Source of the DNA: a virus
Lineage: Duplodnaviria > Caudoviricetes
Virus record (IMG/VR): IMGVR_UViG_3300016667_000768
Span: 1-43,385 of that record
DNA: 43,385 nt
Direction: 5' to 3' (one strand)
The notes below the pieces were generated by a model. That model was not told the origin of the DNA, did no database searches, and saw nothing but the letters and a program-made list of their open reading frames with translations. Numbering within the stretch: the stretch's first letter is position 1; every line of letters starts with the position of its first letter. Made by a program: the position numbers and the translations under genes. Below are positions 8,850 through 18,568 of this stretch, one piece after another.

Positions 8850-9267
8850 TTTTCAGAGCAACCACTAAATGAGCCTGATAATTGCTTGAATCTATAAACG
8901 ATGGCCGTGGAACGCCGGTTATCACGCGTTTTCGCACTTTGATATTGTTCTTTCCTTTTGCGAATCGCGACGATATGCCTTTTTGGGCTGCCCGAGTAGG
9001 AATGCCTTTCATCCCATCATATTCGCGCATAGCAACCGAATCCTTGAGCCGGTGCGTAATTGAATCAAGCGGAATATATCGGCTACCTGATACCGGCTTG
9101 ATATTTAACAGAATGGTTTCCATCACCTCGCGGGCAATCATTCCCCGGTGCCTTTTTTCAAACGCCTTGAGGATTCCATATTTTTTTTCAAGTATTTCAG
9201 CCACGTCACCCGTGGTCAGGGCACCCTGACCGTATTGGACATCGTAAACGCCTAGCACAATTCTCAT
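8842..9267 (-). CDS. Head-tail joining protein (HK97 gp10-like)
   Basis: TTGDVAEILEKKYG and PRPSFIDS motifs. Confidence 0.7.
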   Translation of the reverse strand: MRIVLGVYDVQYGQGALTTGDVAEILEKKYGILKAFEKRHRGMIAREVMETILLNIKPVSGSRYIPLDSITHRLKDSVAMREYDGMKGIPTRAAQKGISSRFAKGKNNIKVRKRVITGVPRPSFIDSSNYQAHLVVALKND

Positions 9268-9722
9268 GCCATCGACACCAGAGACAAAGAGCCGACTGAT
9301 TGCACGATTGCAAGATACTCGCGCCCGTATGGGGTTTTGAGGTTTTGGAGATTCTGAAGCGTAAACCCTTCAGCGGCTTTTGGCACAACCATGCTTGAAC
9401 TGGTGGACTCGTCCGAAGCCGAAGAAATGACGCCAGGCACAAACGCCCGCAATTGATATTTTTGTTGGTACTCGCTGAAAAAAGTCTGGCCGGTCTGGTC
9501 GTGCGCGTTTGTTAACAAGGTATCGGTTGCCAGATTGTAGACGGCGGTTATATACAGGAAGTTACCAGGTATGTTTGGAACAAGCGTCAACAGTTCCGTA
9601 CAAGTGTTGATGCTGAAGTTATAAGACCATTCAATCACAGGGCTATTATCCGGGAGAATAGTCGTGTTTATGCCTACGTTATCCCGCAAGAAAGTAATAT
9701 AGCCCTGTAATGATGGAAGCAT
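9264..9722 (-). CDS. Head-tail connector protein (DUF4054-like); likely start MLPSLQG at 9722
   Basis: GVISSASDESTS and LKTPYGREYL motifs. The shorter start avoids overlap with the upstream gene. Confidence 0.75.
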   Translation of the reverse strand: MLPSLQGYITFLRDNVGINTTILPDNSPVIEWSYNFSINTCTELLTLVPNIPGNFLYITAVYNLATDTLLTNAHDQTGQTFFSEYQQKYQLRAFVPGVISSASDESTSSSMVVPKAAEGFTLQNLQNLKTPYGREYLAIVQSVGSLSLVSMA

Positions 9723-9723
9723 T

Positions 9724-10218
9724 TTAGCTTTTAATAGTAGTTTTAAAAGTTTGTTTAACGCGCTCTTTTTTGGGTGCAAAAGGATCTTTTGGGGCTTCCT
9801 CTACGATCTCCAATTCCACCGCCGCGATTCCATCCTTTAGGCCGGTCATGTCTTCCTGGATGCCTTTACCAAAGGCATACGCGGCTTTTTCTTTTTGTAT
9901 CTGAACATCACGCGCCGCTATGTCCTCATTGATTTCAGAGGCCAGCGAATAGACTTCAATCGGCAATGGTTTATCACTTGAGTAAATAAGCGTAATCTGT
10001 TTGCCCTCACGAGTCATACGCCGCGCTTCTTCGTGCGTGACCATCCCATAAATTCGATAGTGCTCAATTACTGAATGCACTTGCTCGGGGCTCTTGTCCC
10101 TGAGAATTTGTTCCTGTTGCCCGGCTCTAATCATCGGGCTGTTAATCTTGCCGCTTTCAATGTCCCGCCAGTGAAAAATTCTATCCTGCGCGGTTACGTT
10201 TGCAATAAATAAATCCAT
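9724..10218 (-). CDS. Conserved hypothetical head-module protein
   Basis: MDLFIANVTAQ start, directly downstream of the capsid gene. Confidence 0.7.
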   Translation of the reverse strand: MDLFIANVTAQDRIFHWRDIESGKINSPMIRAGQQEQILRDKSPEQVHSVIEHYRIYGMVTHEEARRMTREGKQITLIYSSDKPLPIEVYSLASEINEDIAARDVQIQKEKAAYAFGKGIQEDMTGLKDGIAAVELEIVEEAPKDPFAPKKERVKQTFKTTIKS

Positions 10219-10245
10219 CTGTTAATCCCTGATTGTTGTTTGTAT

Positions 10246-10271
10246 AAAAGGGGGCAGTATTACCTGCCCCC
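10246..10271 (-). terminator. Intrinsic terminator after the major capsid gene
   Basis: Minus strand GGGGGCAG-GTAATA-CTGCCCCC followed by TTTT. Confidence 0.8.
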
Positions 10272-10285
10272 ATTATTCCTAGCAG

Positions 10286-11311
10286 TTAGCTATACTGCAT
10301 GGATATCTTGGTTACACCCTGAGACCGGATGGCCCAGCCCGGAGTGACTCGCCATTCGCTGAGAATGTCGAGAGCGCCGCCCGCAATTGGAGAAGGTATC
10401 TCTTTCGGTGCTGGTAGGTCAGTCAACATGACCGTGGTGGCTTTCAGACCCGGAGTCAGTTTGGCAAACTCATTTGTGTCAGGCATCGAACCCACATAAG
10501 GGGTTTTGATTTCCGGAAATACGACCATGATCGCATCAGTACCGCCGTCACCCTGACCGATCAAAGTATCATCATACCCGAACTCGATAGTATCACCATT
10601 CCAGCCGATGGCATCTGAAAGAACGCCAGCCGTTGAGGTTACACCCGCGCCAGGTCTCTGATACTGAGTAAGCTGGACGATACCATATTGCCACTGGCCT
10701 ATAACGCGCTGAGGACCGAGGATAACTGCCCTGATTGGGTTACCCATTTGATTCATACGGGTCTTAGCCTGTACAACCTGCTGAATCAGATACTGAGCCA
10801 TCTGACCGTTATCGTAGCTCAACACGGTAGTATTGCCAAAAGTATCAGGGGGCAGAGTTGTGGAGGTTACGCCCGGTGCATTGAGCAAACCCTCGCCGGT
10901 ATTGGCAGAGTTGAAGCCATAAAGCAAGCCATTCCGAGCGCCCTGAAACTGGCCTTGACGCATAGCGAGCCGTTGAGCCTCTACAAGGCTGAAGCCACGA
11001 ACCGCCGCTTGAGCGATATCGTGATGGTCATAAATAGCGCGAGTCCGAAGCAGATACGTGGGAATGCTGCCCTGACTCGGCACAATCGTGCACGACGGGA
11101 GCTGTTGAGATACGTTCTGATTGGTTTGATATGCCGATTTGACGTTGAGACGGTTGACGTAAACCGCCAAATCTTCAGGCCCCAATCTGGGCATAACGGT
11201 GGAGTCAGGCAAAGCCAGAAACGCGCCTGAGGGCTGCTGGTACTGCATGACAATTTCAGGCAGTACATACGATGGGTTAATGTGGACGAAACCGCCCGCG
11301 ATATTACTCAT
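10286..11311 (-). CDS. Major capsid protein (DUF2184-like)
   Basis: 341 aa after protease and cement genes and followed by a terminator; YQRPGAG and EIPSPIAGGA motifs. Confidence 0.9.
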   Translation of the reverse strand: MSNIAGGFVHINPSYVLPEIVMQYQQPSGAFLALPDSTVMPRLGPEDLAVYVNRLNVKSAYQTNQNVSQQLPSCTIVPSQGSIPTYLLRTRAIYDHHDIAQAAVRGFSLVEAQRLAMRQGQFQGARNGLLYGFNSANTGEGLLNAPGVTSTTLPPDTFGNTTVLSYDNGQMAQYLIQQVVQAKTRMNQMGNPIRAVILGPQRVIGQWQYGIVQLTQYQRPGAGVTSTAGVLSDAIGWNGDTIEFGYDDTLIGQGDGGTDAIMVVFPEIKTPYVGSMPDTNEFAKLTPGLKATTVMLTDLPAPKEIPSPIAGGALDILSEWRVTPGWAIRSQGVTKISMQYS

Positions 11312-11326
11312 TGGTTATAGTCCTCT

Positions 11327-11932
11327 TTAAATTAGAATGACGGCGGTAGCGCCAGAGTTGTTCCACGTTGCAAACCCGGTGCCAGAATCATAAGAAACGT
11401 TTGCCGAGTTGGTGGCGTTAACGTTAATCAAGGTGGCGTTAAACGAAATGGCCGCGCCCGAATCGTAAGGGATCAACTGCTGATTGGTGGCATCCCACGA
11501 AAATTGCAGGGGGTTATTAGAACCCGCCAAAGCAATCACCGCACTTGAACACTTGACCACGATTCGGATACCCGAACCAATCCGAACAAAATTGAACGAA
11601 CCGCCCGCCGCTTGGATCGGGACCGGACTCTGTGGTGTCGTCGGGGCTGAGATAGTGCCCGCAAACGTTGAAAAACCGGCCAGGTTCGCGCTAGCGGTGG
11701 CCCGGCCAATAAACGGAGCCGCGCCGGTATTGGCAGAGGTAGCGGGGGCAGTTTTCTCAAATACTGCGATGCCACCCCACATGGGCAGGGTTTCGCCAGA
11801 ATCTACCACGCCCGCAGAGATGCTATATCTTGCGGACGGGTCCGCCATTGCATCGCCCTGGACATAGCCCTGAGATTGAACGCTGAATGAATCGGTAAAA
11901 TTAACTACCGCGTAGGGATTAAAAGTGACCAT
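11327..11932 (-). CDS. Capsid cement/decoration protein
   Basis: GYVQGDAMADPSARY, ETLPMWGGIAV and SWDATNQQL motifs; located between scaffold and capsid. Confidence 0.8.
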   Translation of the reverse strand: MVTFNPYAVVNFTDSFSVQSQGYVQGDAMADPSARYSISAGVVDSGETLPMWGGIAVFEKTAPATSANTGAAPFIGRATASANLAGFSTFAGTISAPTTPQSPVPIQAAGGSFNFVRIGSGIRIVVKCSSAVIALAGSNNPLQFSWDATNQQLIPYDSGAAISFNATLINVNATNSANVSYDSGTGFATWNNSGATAVILI

Positions 11933-11945
11933 TAGTTATAGTGCC

Positions 11946-13379
11946 TCAATGTTTGTTGATAGTGCCGGTATGCATTGCGCCATTCGCAAAAATATCCATC
12001 CAGCCACGCGGGTCGCTGTTTGGGGTAGGCTCAATAATCACCATTCCATAAGGCCCTTTTTTCTCAACCATGTGGACGGTGCCAGGGGTAATCGGAGGGG
12101 CCTTGCTGTATTCCATAGCATCCGCATAAATCATATCCTCAACCGGCGCAAATAATTTTTCGTCGCGAATATCGCCCACGTTGGTATTCTTAAACTTGCT
12201 GGAGTACTGAGCCAATTTTGCGGCCATCCGTTTGCGGAATGAAAATGCGGATTCACCCGGTACGTGGGTAACTGCGTTGGTCTCGCCGAGCGCCATCATT
12301 ACAGAATCAGCCCGGCTGATCGCCTTGGCGATTGCTTCACGATCACCAATGCTGGCGGGTTTGGTAGCCGCTTGCAGTTTCCTGATCTCACGCTCCAACG
12401 CCGCGATTTTCAGCGAGTCGGCTTTAACGCTTGAGTCGTCATCGTCATCGGCTTTGCATTCGCTATCATCAACCACGTGCTTGACCTCTTCGATTTCTTC
12501 CTTGACCTCCTCTTTTTCTTCAGGATCAAGGGATTCATCGGCTACCATTTCCGGTTCTTCTTCAGGCTTTGCGCTGAGCTCATCAAGCCGGTTGTGCACT
12601 TCGTCAAACTTCGCGTCAATCCGCGTTGTGTGTTCCTGTAGCAAATTTTTCAGAGTCGACATCAAGTCGTCGCCGCTCTTTTCTTCAGTTTCCATCAGTA
12701 AATCTTCCTCATTAGTTGTTGAATCAGTTCTAACCCCTGTCGGACTCCCGCCCTTATCCCAGACGCCCCGCTCACATACTGCTATATGGTCAATATAGAC
12801 AGGTTTTCCTTCTATCAATATATCGCCTATTTTAATAGAGGAGTTACTGATAGAAACGGCTGGCGAGGTACTTAATTGATTATCCCGCATCAATTTTGCG
12901 GCATGAATATCATATATTCTTGCGACTGTCCATACCTCGTCGTTAAAAATGTATGGTAGGGCACTCGCGCCTATCACCTGATTCCGGAATGATTCCGAGT
13001 CAAGTAGTAATTCTTCTGGATGTTCCCAAACTACCGGGAGGCCCTGACAGCGGGTTAAAAACTCATCGGTTAAATAATCAGCGGGAGACTTATAACCGAT
13101 CTCACCGCTTGCCCGCTTGGCGTATCCCGTGCCCGTAACCCTGAGCGCAAACAGCCACACATCGCCGAATTGCTGCGGGCTGTCCATTTGCCCATCACGT
13201 ATCCGGCGCATTATGTCCAGCTCGGTAATATCTGGCAGGATTGCGCTATCAGATAGGCCCGCGTCGTCGTTTTGGTGCCTCACAAATTTCTCTCCCACTT
13301 TTTCGGGGATACCCAATGTTGAATGCCCGGAGGCTGCTGCGTACATAGCTTTGCGTTGCGCTTCTGATTCAAATGGCAT
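11946..13379 (-). CDS. Prohead protease/scaffold (DUF2213 family)
   Basis: RVTGTG, GLPVVWEHP, LSTSPAV and IDHIAVCERGVWDKGG protease motifs, followed by an acidic coiled-coil scaffold region. Confidence 0.88.
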   Translation of the reverse strand: MPFESEAQRKAMYAAASGHSTLGIPEKVGEKFVRHQNDDAGLSDSAILPDITELDIMRRIRDGQMDSPQQFGDVWLFALRVTGTGYAKRASGEIGYKSPADYLTDEFLTRCQGLPVVWEHPEELLLDSESFRNQVIGASALPYIFNDEVWTVARIYDIHAAKLMRDNQLSTSPAVSISNSSIKIGDILIEGKPVYIDHIAVCERGVWDKGGSPTGVRTDSTTNEEDLLMETEEKSGDDLMSTLKNLLQEHTTRIDAKFDEVHNRLDELSAKPEEEPEMVADESLDPEEKEEVKEEIEEVKHVVDDSECKADDDDDSSVKADSLKIAALEREIRKLQAATKPASIGDREAIAKAISRADSVMMALGETNAVTHVPGESAFSFRKRMAAKLAQYSSKFKNTNVGDIRDEKLFAPVEDMIYADAMEYSKAPPITPGTVHMVEKKGPYGMVIIEPTPNSDPRGWMDIFANGAMHTGTINKH

Positions 13380-13400
13380 GGTTAATTGTCTTTTTTTGCT

Positions 13401-14000
13401 TTACATGTAAAGGGCTTTAAGCCTTATCTTATCAATTAAATCCTCCAATATTTTATTTTTTCCTTGAGTCGGGGATTTTCCTATTATTTCATCTTTGTTG
13501 ACGTCATACCAAACTTTGCAATCATACAATGCGTTTTGTATTCGCCTTGCTTCTGAGTTGCTAATTGGGCTGGAATTTAGAGAAGCTGCCGATATATTCC
13601 CCGTCTTGTACCTGCTTGTCTCAAGCCCCAACAAACTTGGCAAGTCATTAAAATATACCCGTTTCATATCGCCTTTTTCCCAAAGTTTTCCGCCCATGCT
13701 TTCATAAAACTTTATTTTTTCCTCTGGTGTTTTGGCGGTTTTACTTTGCCCTTTTTTTTCGGCTGCTGACTTTCTAACCTCGCCTATATTTTTTCCGTTA
13801 AACTTTCCACCCATGCCGCCCTTGATCTCTCCGCCCTCACCAAGCAAGACAGGCCGCCCTGTGTGGTCTGGTCCGTTTGGCTTGACTGTGATCCATTTAT
13901 CAGCATCAGCCAAGACACGCATAGACAATATATCTAATCGTTGCTCTACGCCTTTGAAATGGCTTTTCAATGCGTCTTTGATAATTTTCTTTCTGTCCAT
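13401..14000 (-). CDS. Head-module inserted protein, candidate capsid-packaged cargo
   Basis: AT-rich gene between MuF and protease. Contains a DADKWITVKPNG...GGMGGKFNG module and a C-terminal WEKGDMKRVYFN domain of unknown function. Confidence 0.75.
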   Translation of the reverse strand: MDRKKIIKDALKSHFKGVEQRLDILSMRVLADADKWITVKPNGPDHTGRPVLLGEGGEIKGGMGGKFNGKNIGEVRKSAAEKKGQSKTAKTPEEKIKFYESMGGKLWEKGDMKRVYFNDLPSLLGLETSRYKTGNISAASLNSSPISNSEARRIQNALYDCKVWYDVNKDEIIGKSPTQGKNKILEDLIDKIRLKALYM

Positions 14001-14003
14001 TTT

Positions 14004-14804
14004 CTAGCCTAGTGATAGCCTAATTACTGACTTTTGTTCTTTGCCCTTTTCGGTCAGGCATTCCTCTGGGACCTTGTTCAAACGGTAAACATATTCAAAG
14101 TAACACCGGCACATGGGAGCTTGTGCGGGTTGTTCTTCCAAGTCCTCAATATATTCATGGCCCGCTTTTTTGATTAGGCCTTGCTGCATTGCTTGAGAGT
14201 CCTTCACCAAAAAGAATTTTTTATCGAGCTCTTTATGATCTTCCCGGTAGTTGTAGTTAAGCTGCCGCCAATGACTATGCCAATATGCCCCAATCGCGCC
14301 CGCGTCGTAGGCCACAATCTGATTTAGGCCCGCGACCAGTTTGGCATTTTGATCTATATTTAATCGCCGCTCTTCATAGGGCAGTTTGCGGAATGGCTCG
14401 ATAATTTTTTTCGCGGTTTCTGGTAGGTCGTCTGTCTGATTTTCCCGGATTTCTGGAACTGGTGACAGGGACGACATCCAGCCCCGTAGCCGCTGTGTAG
14501 TTTTCTCTACCGCTTGTTCTCTGTTAAGCTTGATAAGGTCCATGCTTGCCCGAATCCGCCGCTCCAGCTCGTCGTGTAGATGGGGCTCGATCTGCTGAAG
14601 CGTAAACCTGGACACGCCCGGATGGTGTTTAAGAATCTTCTCTTTTATCACCAAGTCATTAAACGTTTTTGTCAACGTTTTCGCGGGGTTTTTTGTGGGC
14701 TTTTCTGCTGAGAATATCGAATGCAGTTCAAAAGGCGACACCGCGTCTGGCCCCTCTTTCAAAAGCCGCCGCATCACGTCCTTGACTTTTGCGTAATAGC
14801 TCAA
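14004..14804 (-). CDS. Head morphogenesis protein (MuF / SPP1 gp7-like)
   Basis: Follows the portal; IDQNAKL, WHSHWRQLNYNYREDH and PMCRCY motifs. Confidence 0.85.
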   Translation of the reverse strand: MSYYAKVKDVMRRLLKEGPDAVSPFELHSIFSAEKPTKNPAKTLTKTFNDLVIKEKILKHHPGVSRFTLQQIEPHLHDELERRIRASMDLIKLNREQAVEKTTQRLRGWMSSLSPVPEIRENQTDDLPETAKKIIEPFRKLPYEERRLNIDQNAKLVAGLNQIVAYDAGAIGAYWHSHWRQLNYNYREDHKELDKKFFLVKDSQAMQQGLIKKAGHEYIEDLEEQPAQAPMCRCYFEYVYRLNKVPEECLTEKGKEQKSVIRLSLG

Positions 14805-16222
14805 GCCGGAAACCCTTCAGCATCATCTTGATGCCCTTCTTCGGGATCGTCCAATCCCAGGGCATTACGAAGAGCTATCACGTCAGTATCAATAGTTAGC
14901 TTATTCGGGAATATCTCCTCGGCTTCATTTAGGTTAGAGATAACCCATTCCAGCAATTCGGCCTTGTTATCACCCTCGCAGACTGGCGCGAGTACGTTGT
15001 AAACCTCTAGGACAGATTGGTATTGGTTTTTCTGGTATTCGGTGCGCTCGCGTTTAGTCGGTTGCAAGGCATCCGGCCATAACGCGTTAAAGGATCTTCT
15101 GCATTGATTAAACCATTGATCGTATGACACGCCTTGATAGTCGCCGAACCGGCTTTGAAGCGTTGCAAAATAATCCGGATTCCACGCGACATGCTGGACG
15201 ATCATGTCCATGTATTCATACAGATTTTTCATGTCGAGCCGCGTCCAGTCGATAAAACTGGATAACTTCTTAGCGTCTTGCTCACCTTCACCAAACCCTT
15301 GCGCCAATGAATCGCCCGTTAAAAGCATCTGGGGCATGTCCAGAGATAACGCAATGTTCTCCATTATGTTGCGCCGTTGTTCTTGATAGGTCAGGTTGTG
15401 CAGGTCAAGGGATTCAATGGCCTCGTCTGGTCGGATTGATACCGTGTTGCCCGTCCTGGATTGCTTCAGAATATTCAGCCTAAAGTTCTGAATTGCGGTC
15501 ATGGTCTTATCAATAATCGAGCCAGGCTGGTTCATTTTGGCAACAAGCACGCCGCTCTTAATCATCACCAGATTATCGGCAATCATCGACTGAATAAACG
15601 ATTGCATCGGGTACAGAGCCCGGTTGAATACGGACCGGCCCACATACCCGAATGCCGAGCTGGTAAAGCTCAAATACACCGGGTTTTCGTGTAGCTGAAT
15701 ATGGGTCCTGCTAGGTGAGTAGGAAACACCGCCGACACTGATTGTTGAGTATTTCAAAAAGTCTGGGTTATTCGGGTCTTGGATGCCTACCATGCTGCCC
15801 GCCGTATTGAGCGGGTCAAACACGTTAAACCTGATGTTGCCCTTATGTAATTCTTCAGGGGTCAGTGGTTTGGCTGCCGTTTCCCCATCGGGGGGCATTA
15901 CTGCCACGCTGGAAACTCCATAGGTACGAGATAGCGTCATGCAATTTGCTATCACCTGATCAATGTTGAGCTCGTTCCAAACGTCCTGATAACGTTCAAT
16001 GACGCATTCGGGGGCCTCTTTAATTACGATCTCGCGCCTTTTGGACATTGCAAGCGCTATCGGTGCATCCACTATTTTCTTGCCAAGCGGGTGATATACG
16101 TAAAGCAGTTTACACACCTCGTAACTTGGCGAGTCGCCAGGTGTCAAGGCGTTTTGCATAAGAATCTGATAAAACGGGGATTCTTGAGATATCCCGCCGC
16201 CGAGTACTGCTATATCAGCCAT
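14801..16222 (-). CDS. Portal protein (DUF1073-like)
   Basis: Follows TerL; YHPLGKKIVDAPI, FDPLNTAGS and GFGEGEQD motifs. Confidence 0.88.
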   Translation of the reverse strand: MADIAVLGGGISQESPFYQILMQNALTPGDSPSYEVCKLLYVYHPLGKKIVDAPIALAMSKRREIVIKEAPECVIERYQDVWNELNIDQVIANCMTLSRTYGVSSVAVMPPDGETAAKPLTPEELHKGNIRFNVFDPLNTAGSMVGIQDPNNPDFLKYSTISVGGVSYSPSRTHIQLHENPVYLSFTSSAFGYVGRSVFNRALYPMQSFIQSMIADNLVMIKSGVLVAKMNQPGSIIDKTMTAIQNFRLNILKQSRTGNTVSIRPDEAIESLDLHNLTYQEQRRNIMENIALSLDMPQMLLTGDSLAQGFGEGEQDAKKLSSFIDWTRLDMKNLYEYMDMIVQHVAWNPDYFATLQSRFGDYQGVSYDQWFNQCRRSFNALWPDALQPTKRERTEYQKNQYQSVLEVYNVLAPVCEGDNKAELLEWVISNLNEAEEIFPNKLTIDTDVIALRNALGLDDPEEGHQDDAEGFPA

Positions 16223-16255
16223 TTATAATCCTGTGTTGAATTTGCGCGCAACCTA

Positions 16256-17554
16256 TCACATCCCGGCATCATTGCCAAGCGCCAAAATGGTGGAGTATGT
16301 AAACACGTCCAGCAGGTCGTCTGCCCGTTTGGCCGCGTCTTTATCTGCCAGCCTAAAGCCGATAACCTGAGTTAATAAATGATTACGCTCAACGTTTTTA
16401 TATGTCAGCGTTTTGTTATGGGCATATTCAGATAGTTTAACCTGTCCGCTGGATACATACGGGCTGGCCGCCAATGCCCGCTCATCCTTGCCCATCGCGG
16501 TCAGTTTTGAATCAATTGAGTGACACTGTAGGCCCCGCCGTTGCGCTTGCTGAATCAGGATGGTACCCGAGCCTTTGTCTTCCACAAACGCGCCCACGTT
16601 GCCCAATAGCGCTCCGGTTTCACTTGCCAGGCGTTCTAATCGTGCCTGAATCTCAGGGTAAAACGATACAAGCAGGTCGCCATCAAGCTGCCTGATATCC
16701 CAGTCCAGAATAATAAGCCTTGCTTGCCCATCGTCGCGCATATAACCGGGTTGTTTCGCGCAATACAGAATGGCGGTTCCATCGTGCTCTTGGCCGCTTT
16801 TCATTGCGGAATCTATCACCGCGAAAACCGCGCCATATACCTTGATAGGGTCAGGTATGGGCTGGCCTTGTTCAAGCAGGTCAGTCAACCGGAAAAACGC
16901 AACGCCTGACCAATCCACGAACTCGGCTAAGAACTCTTGCTGCCATACTTGCGGGTGACTGCTGGCCTTGATTCGTTCCAGCTCTTCGGGTGGTATATTG
17001 GGGTTTGTCCTGGTCGGTGCCGTAAATTTTCGCCATTCCGGATTCAGACTCAACTGATAAAACCAGTTGTCCGGGTTTGTTCCGCAAGGCGTGGAGAATG
17101 CAAAAGCCTGTCCCTTATAGTCCACCAAGGTTGGCATTATTGCCCTTTGCCATTGGTGCTCCATCTGCCCATCCTTGGCAAAGGCTGCCTCATCAATCAG
17201 AACTCTGTGATACTTCCGGGATCTTCCAGCGTCCTCATTCTCAAGCGTCCAGAACTCTACAAGACCGCCTGTGACAGTCCTGATAATCCCTTCGTTTTTG
17301 TTTGATTCGGTCTTGATTGGCTTGAGTATTGAATTTACTTCGCGCCAGATTTCGGTGAAATACTTATATTGAGGAACGAAAATCCCGCAGAACTGACGGC
17401 GCGTTGCCGTTTCTACCGCCAGCCTGGTCAAAAAGTAAGTCTTGCCCCACCTACGCCCACAACACACCTGATTCCAGCGTGTAGCGTTTTCGATAATGGC
17501 CTTTTGACCCGCGTGAACTGCTGGAAGCCTAATGACCGTTTCGCCAGGCTTCAT
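16256..17554 (-). CDS. terL: Terminase large subunit
   Basis: Walker A CGRRWGKT, Walker B LIDEAAF, STP coupling motif, QQEFLAEF, and nuclease acidic residues (VIDSA, DDLLD). Confidence 0.95.
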   Translation of the reverse strand: MKPGETVIRLPAVHAGQKAIIENATRWNQVCCGRRWGKTYFLTRLAVETATRRQFCGIFVPQYKYFTEIWREVNSILKPIKTESNKNEGIIRTVTGGLVEFWTLENEDAGRSRKYHRVLIDEAAFAKDGQMEHQWQRAIMPTLVDYKGQAFAFSTPCGTNPDNWFYQLSLNPEWRKFTAPTRTNPNIPPEELERIKASSHPQVWQQEFLAEFVDWSGVAFFRLTDLLEQGQPIPDPIKVYGAVFAVIDSAMKSGQEHDGTAILYCAKQPGYMRDDGQARLIILDWDIRQLDGDLLVSFYPEIQARLERLASETGALLGNVGAFVEDKGSGTILIQQAQRRGLQCHSIDSKLTAMGKDERALAASPYVSSGQVKLSEYAHNKTLTYKNVERNHLLTQVIGFRLADKDAAKRADDLLDVFTYSTILALGNDAGM

Positions 17555-18045
17555 CAGCTAATCTTGACCTCGTCGCTTGCTTTAACTCCTGCCGCCGTCT
17601 CATCCCGGATCACAATGGTATTCCCGTTGGAATTGTCATCCTCTGCCCACTTATCCCGCCAGCGGCCACGCTGCCGGTTCTTGAGCCAGAAAATACAAGC
17701 CGCAGTCTCGGGTGGATATTTGACCTCAATCGGCACTCTGACTATCTCGCCATTGACCACCAAGACTTTTATATCCTGATGACTGTAACCCGTTGCCCGC
17801 TTGAATAGGGACACCGCAACCTTGCCGTCTGAATCCTCCCTGCCACCCTTTAGGGCCCCTATAAAATCCGGATAATTGGCTATCCAATTTTCAAATGTCG
17901 CAATAGAAACCTTAAAGAATCCGGCCATTTCCTCATTAGTTAAACCCAACAAGGCCAGCCTGTATGCCTGTTCTGCGTATTCTTCTCTGTATAACTTTGG
18001 TCTGCCCTTTGGCTTTTTGACTGTTACTAATTCCTTGCCTGCCAT
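17554..18045 (-). CDS. terS: Terminase small subunit
   Basis: GRPKLY, HTH, LFKRATGY and PPETAACIFWLKNRQ motifs; coupled to terL. Confidence 0.92.
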   Translation of the reverse strand: MAGKELVTVKKPKGRPKLYREEYAEQAYRLALLGLTNEEMAGFFKVSIATFENWIANYPDFIGALKGGREDSDGKVAVSLFKRATGYSHQDIKVLVVNGEIVRVPIEVKYPPETAACIFWLKNRQRGRWRDKWAEDDNSNGNTIVIRDETAAGVKASDEVKIS

Positions 18046-18114
18046 AATTGATCCCTGTAATGGTTAGCTGCTTATAACCGATTATTAAGATATTGGCAAG
18101 AGTGATATTTGACA

Positions 18115-18141
18115 TGGGGACACTGGGGACAAGTGGGGACA
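18115..18141. repeat. Three direct repeats TGGGGACA upstream of terS
   Basis: Copies at 18115, 18124 and 18134. Confidence 0.85.
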
Positions 18142-18286
18142 CCGCGCCAGCCGTGGGTTTGAGCGCTCACAGACTTGTAAACGTTTTAAGATAGCCCTGA
18201 TAAATCAACGTCAACATAAAAATAGCTTGCATAGCCTAAGGATTTTAAGATAAAATTGGTTTGTGTTTTTTAATGTGGAGAAAAAA

Positions 18287-18520
18287 GTGACTTTATTACG
18301 AATTGTTGACGCAAAGCCAAACGACTTTTTAAGTCTTCCAAAAAACAGCCTGATCACATCGGATCAAGCTGCGGCGGCACTTAACTTGCAACCTAACACA
18401 TTGGCAATTTGGCGAACAACAAAAAAATACTCTCTACCCTACATTAAAGTAGGCCGTCGAGTTTGCTACCGGGTCGGGGATATTTTGGAATTTTTAGAAT
18501 CTAGGACTCAAAACATTTAG
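18287..18520 (+). CDS. AlpA/excisionase-like HTH DNA-binding protein; likely GTG start at 18287
   Basis: LITSDQAAAALNLQPNTLAIWR...LPYIKVGRRVCYRVGDILEFLE motif; GGAG RBS before the GTG. Confidence 0.85.
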   Translation: MTLLRIVDAKPNDFLSLPKNSLITSDQAAAALNLQPNTLAIWRTTKKYSLPYIKVGRRVCYRVGDILEFLESRTQNI

Positions 18521-18524
18521 GCAT

Positions 18525-18568
18525 AAAAAACCCCAATGCAACCGAAAGGATTGATTGGGGTTTTCTTA
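18525..18568. terminator. Probable bidirectional terminator
   Basis: AAAAAACCCCAAT ... ATTGGGGTTTTCTT inverted repeat flanked by A and T tracts. Confidence 0.65.

Noticed and set aside
10688-12798. Long plus-strand ORFs (180, 127 and 188 aa) opposite the capsid, cement and scaffold genes
   Set aside because: Antisense shadows of strongly coding genes, with no recognisable motifs.
14801-16222. Portal as an anti-CBASS Acb1 protein
   Set aside because: DUF1073 portals are often labelled this way, but no 2H-phosphoesterase (HxT/HxS) domain is appended here.
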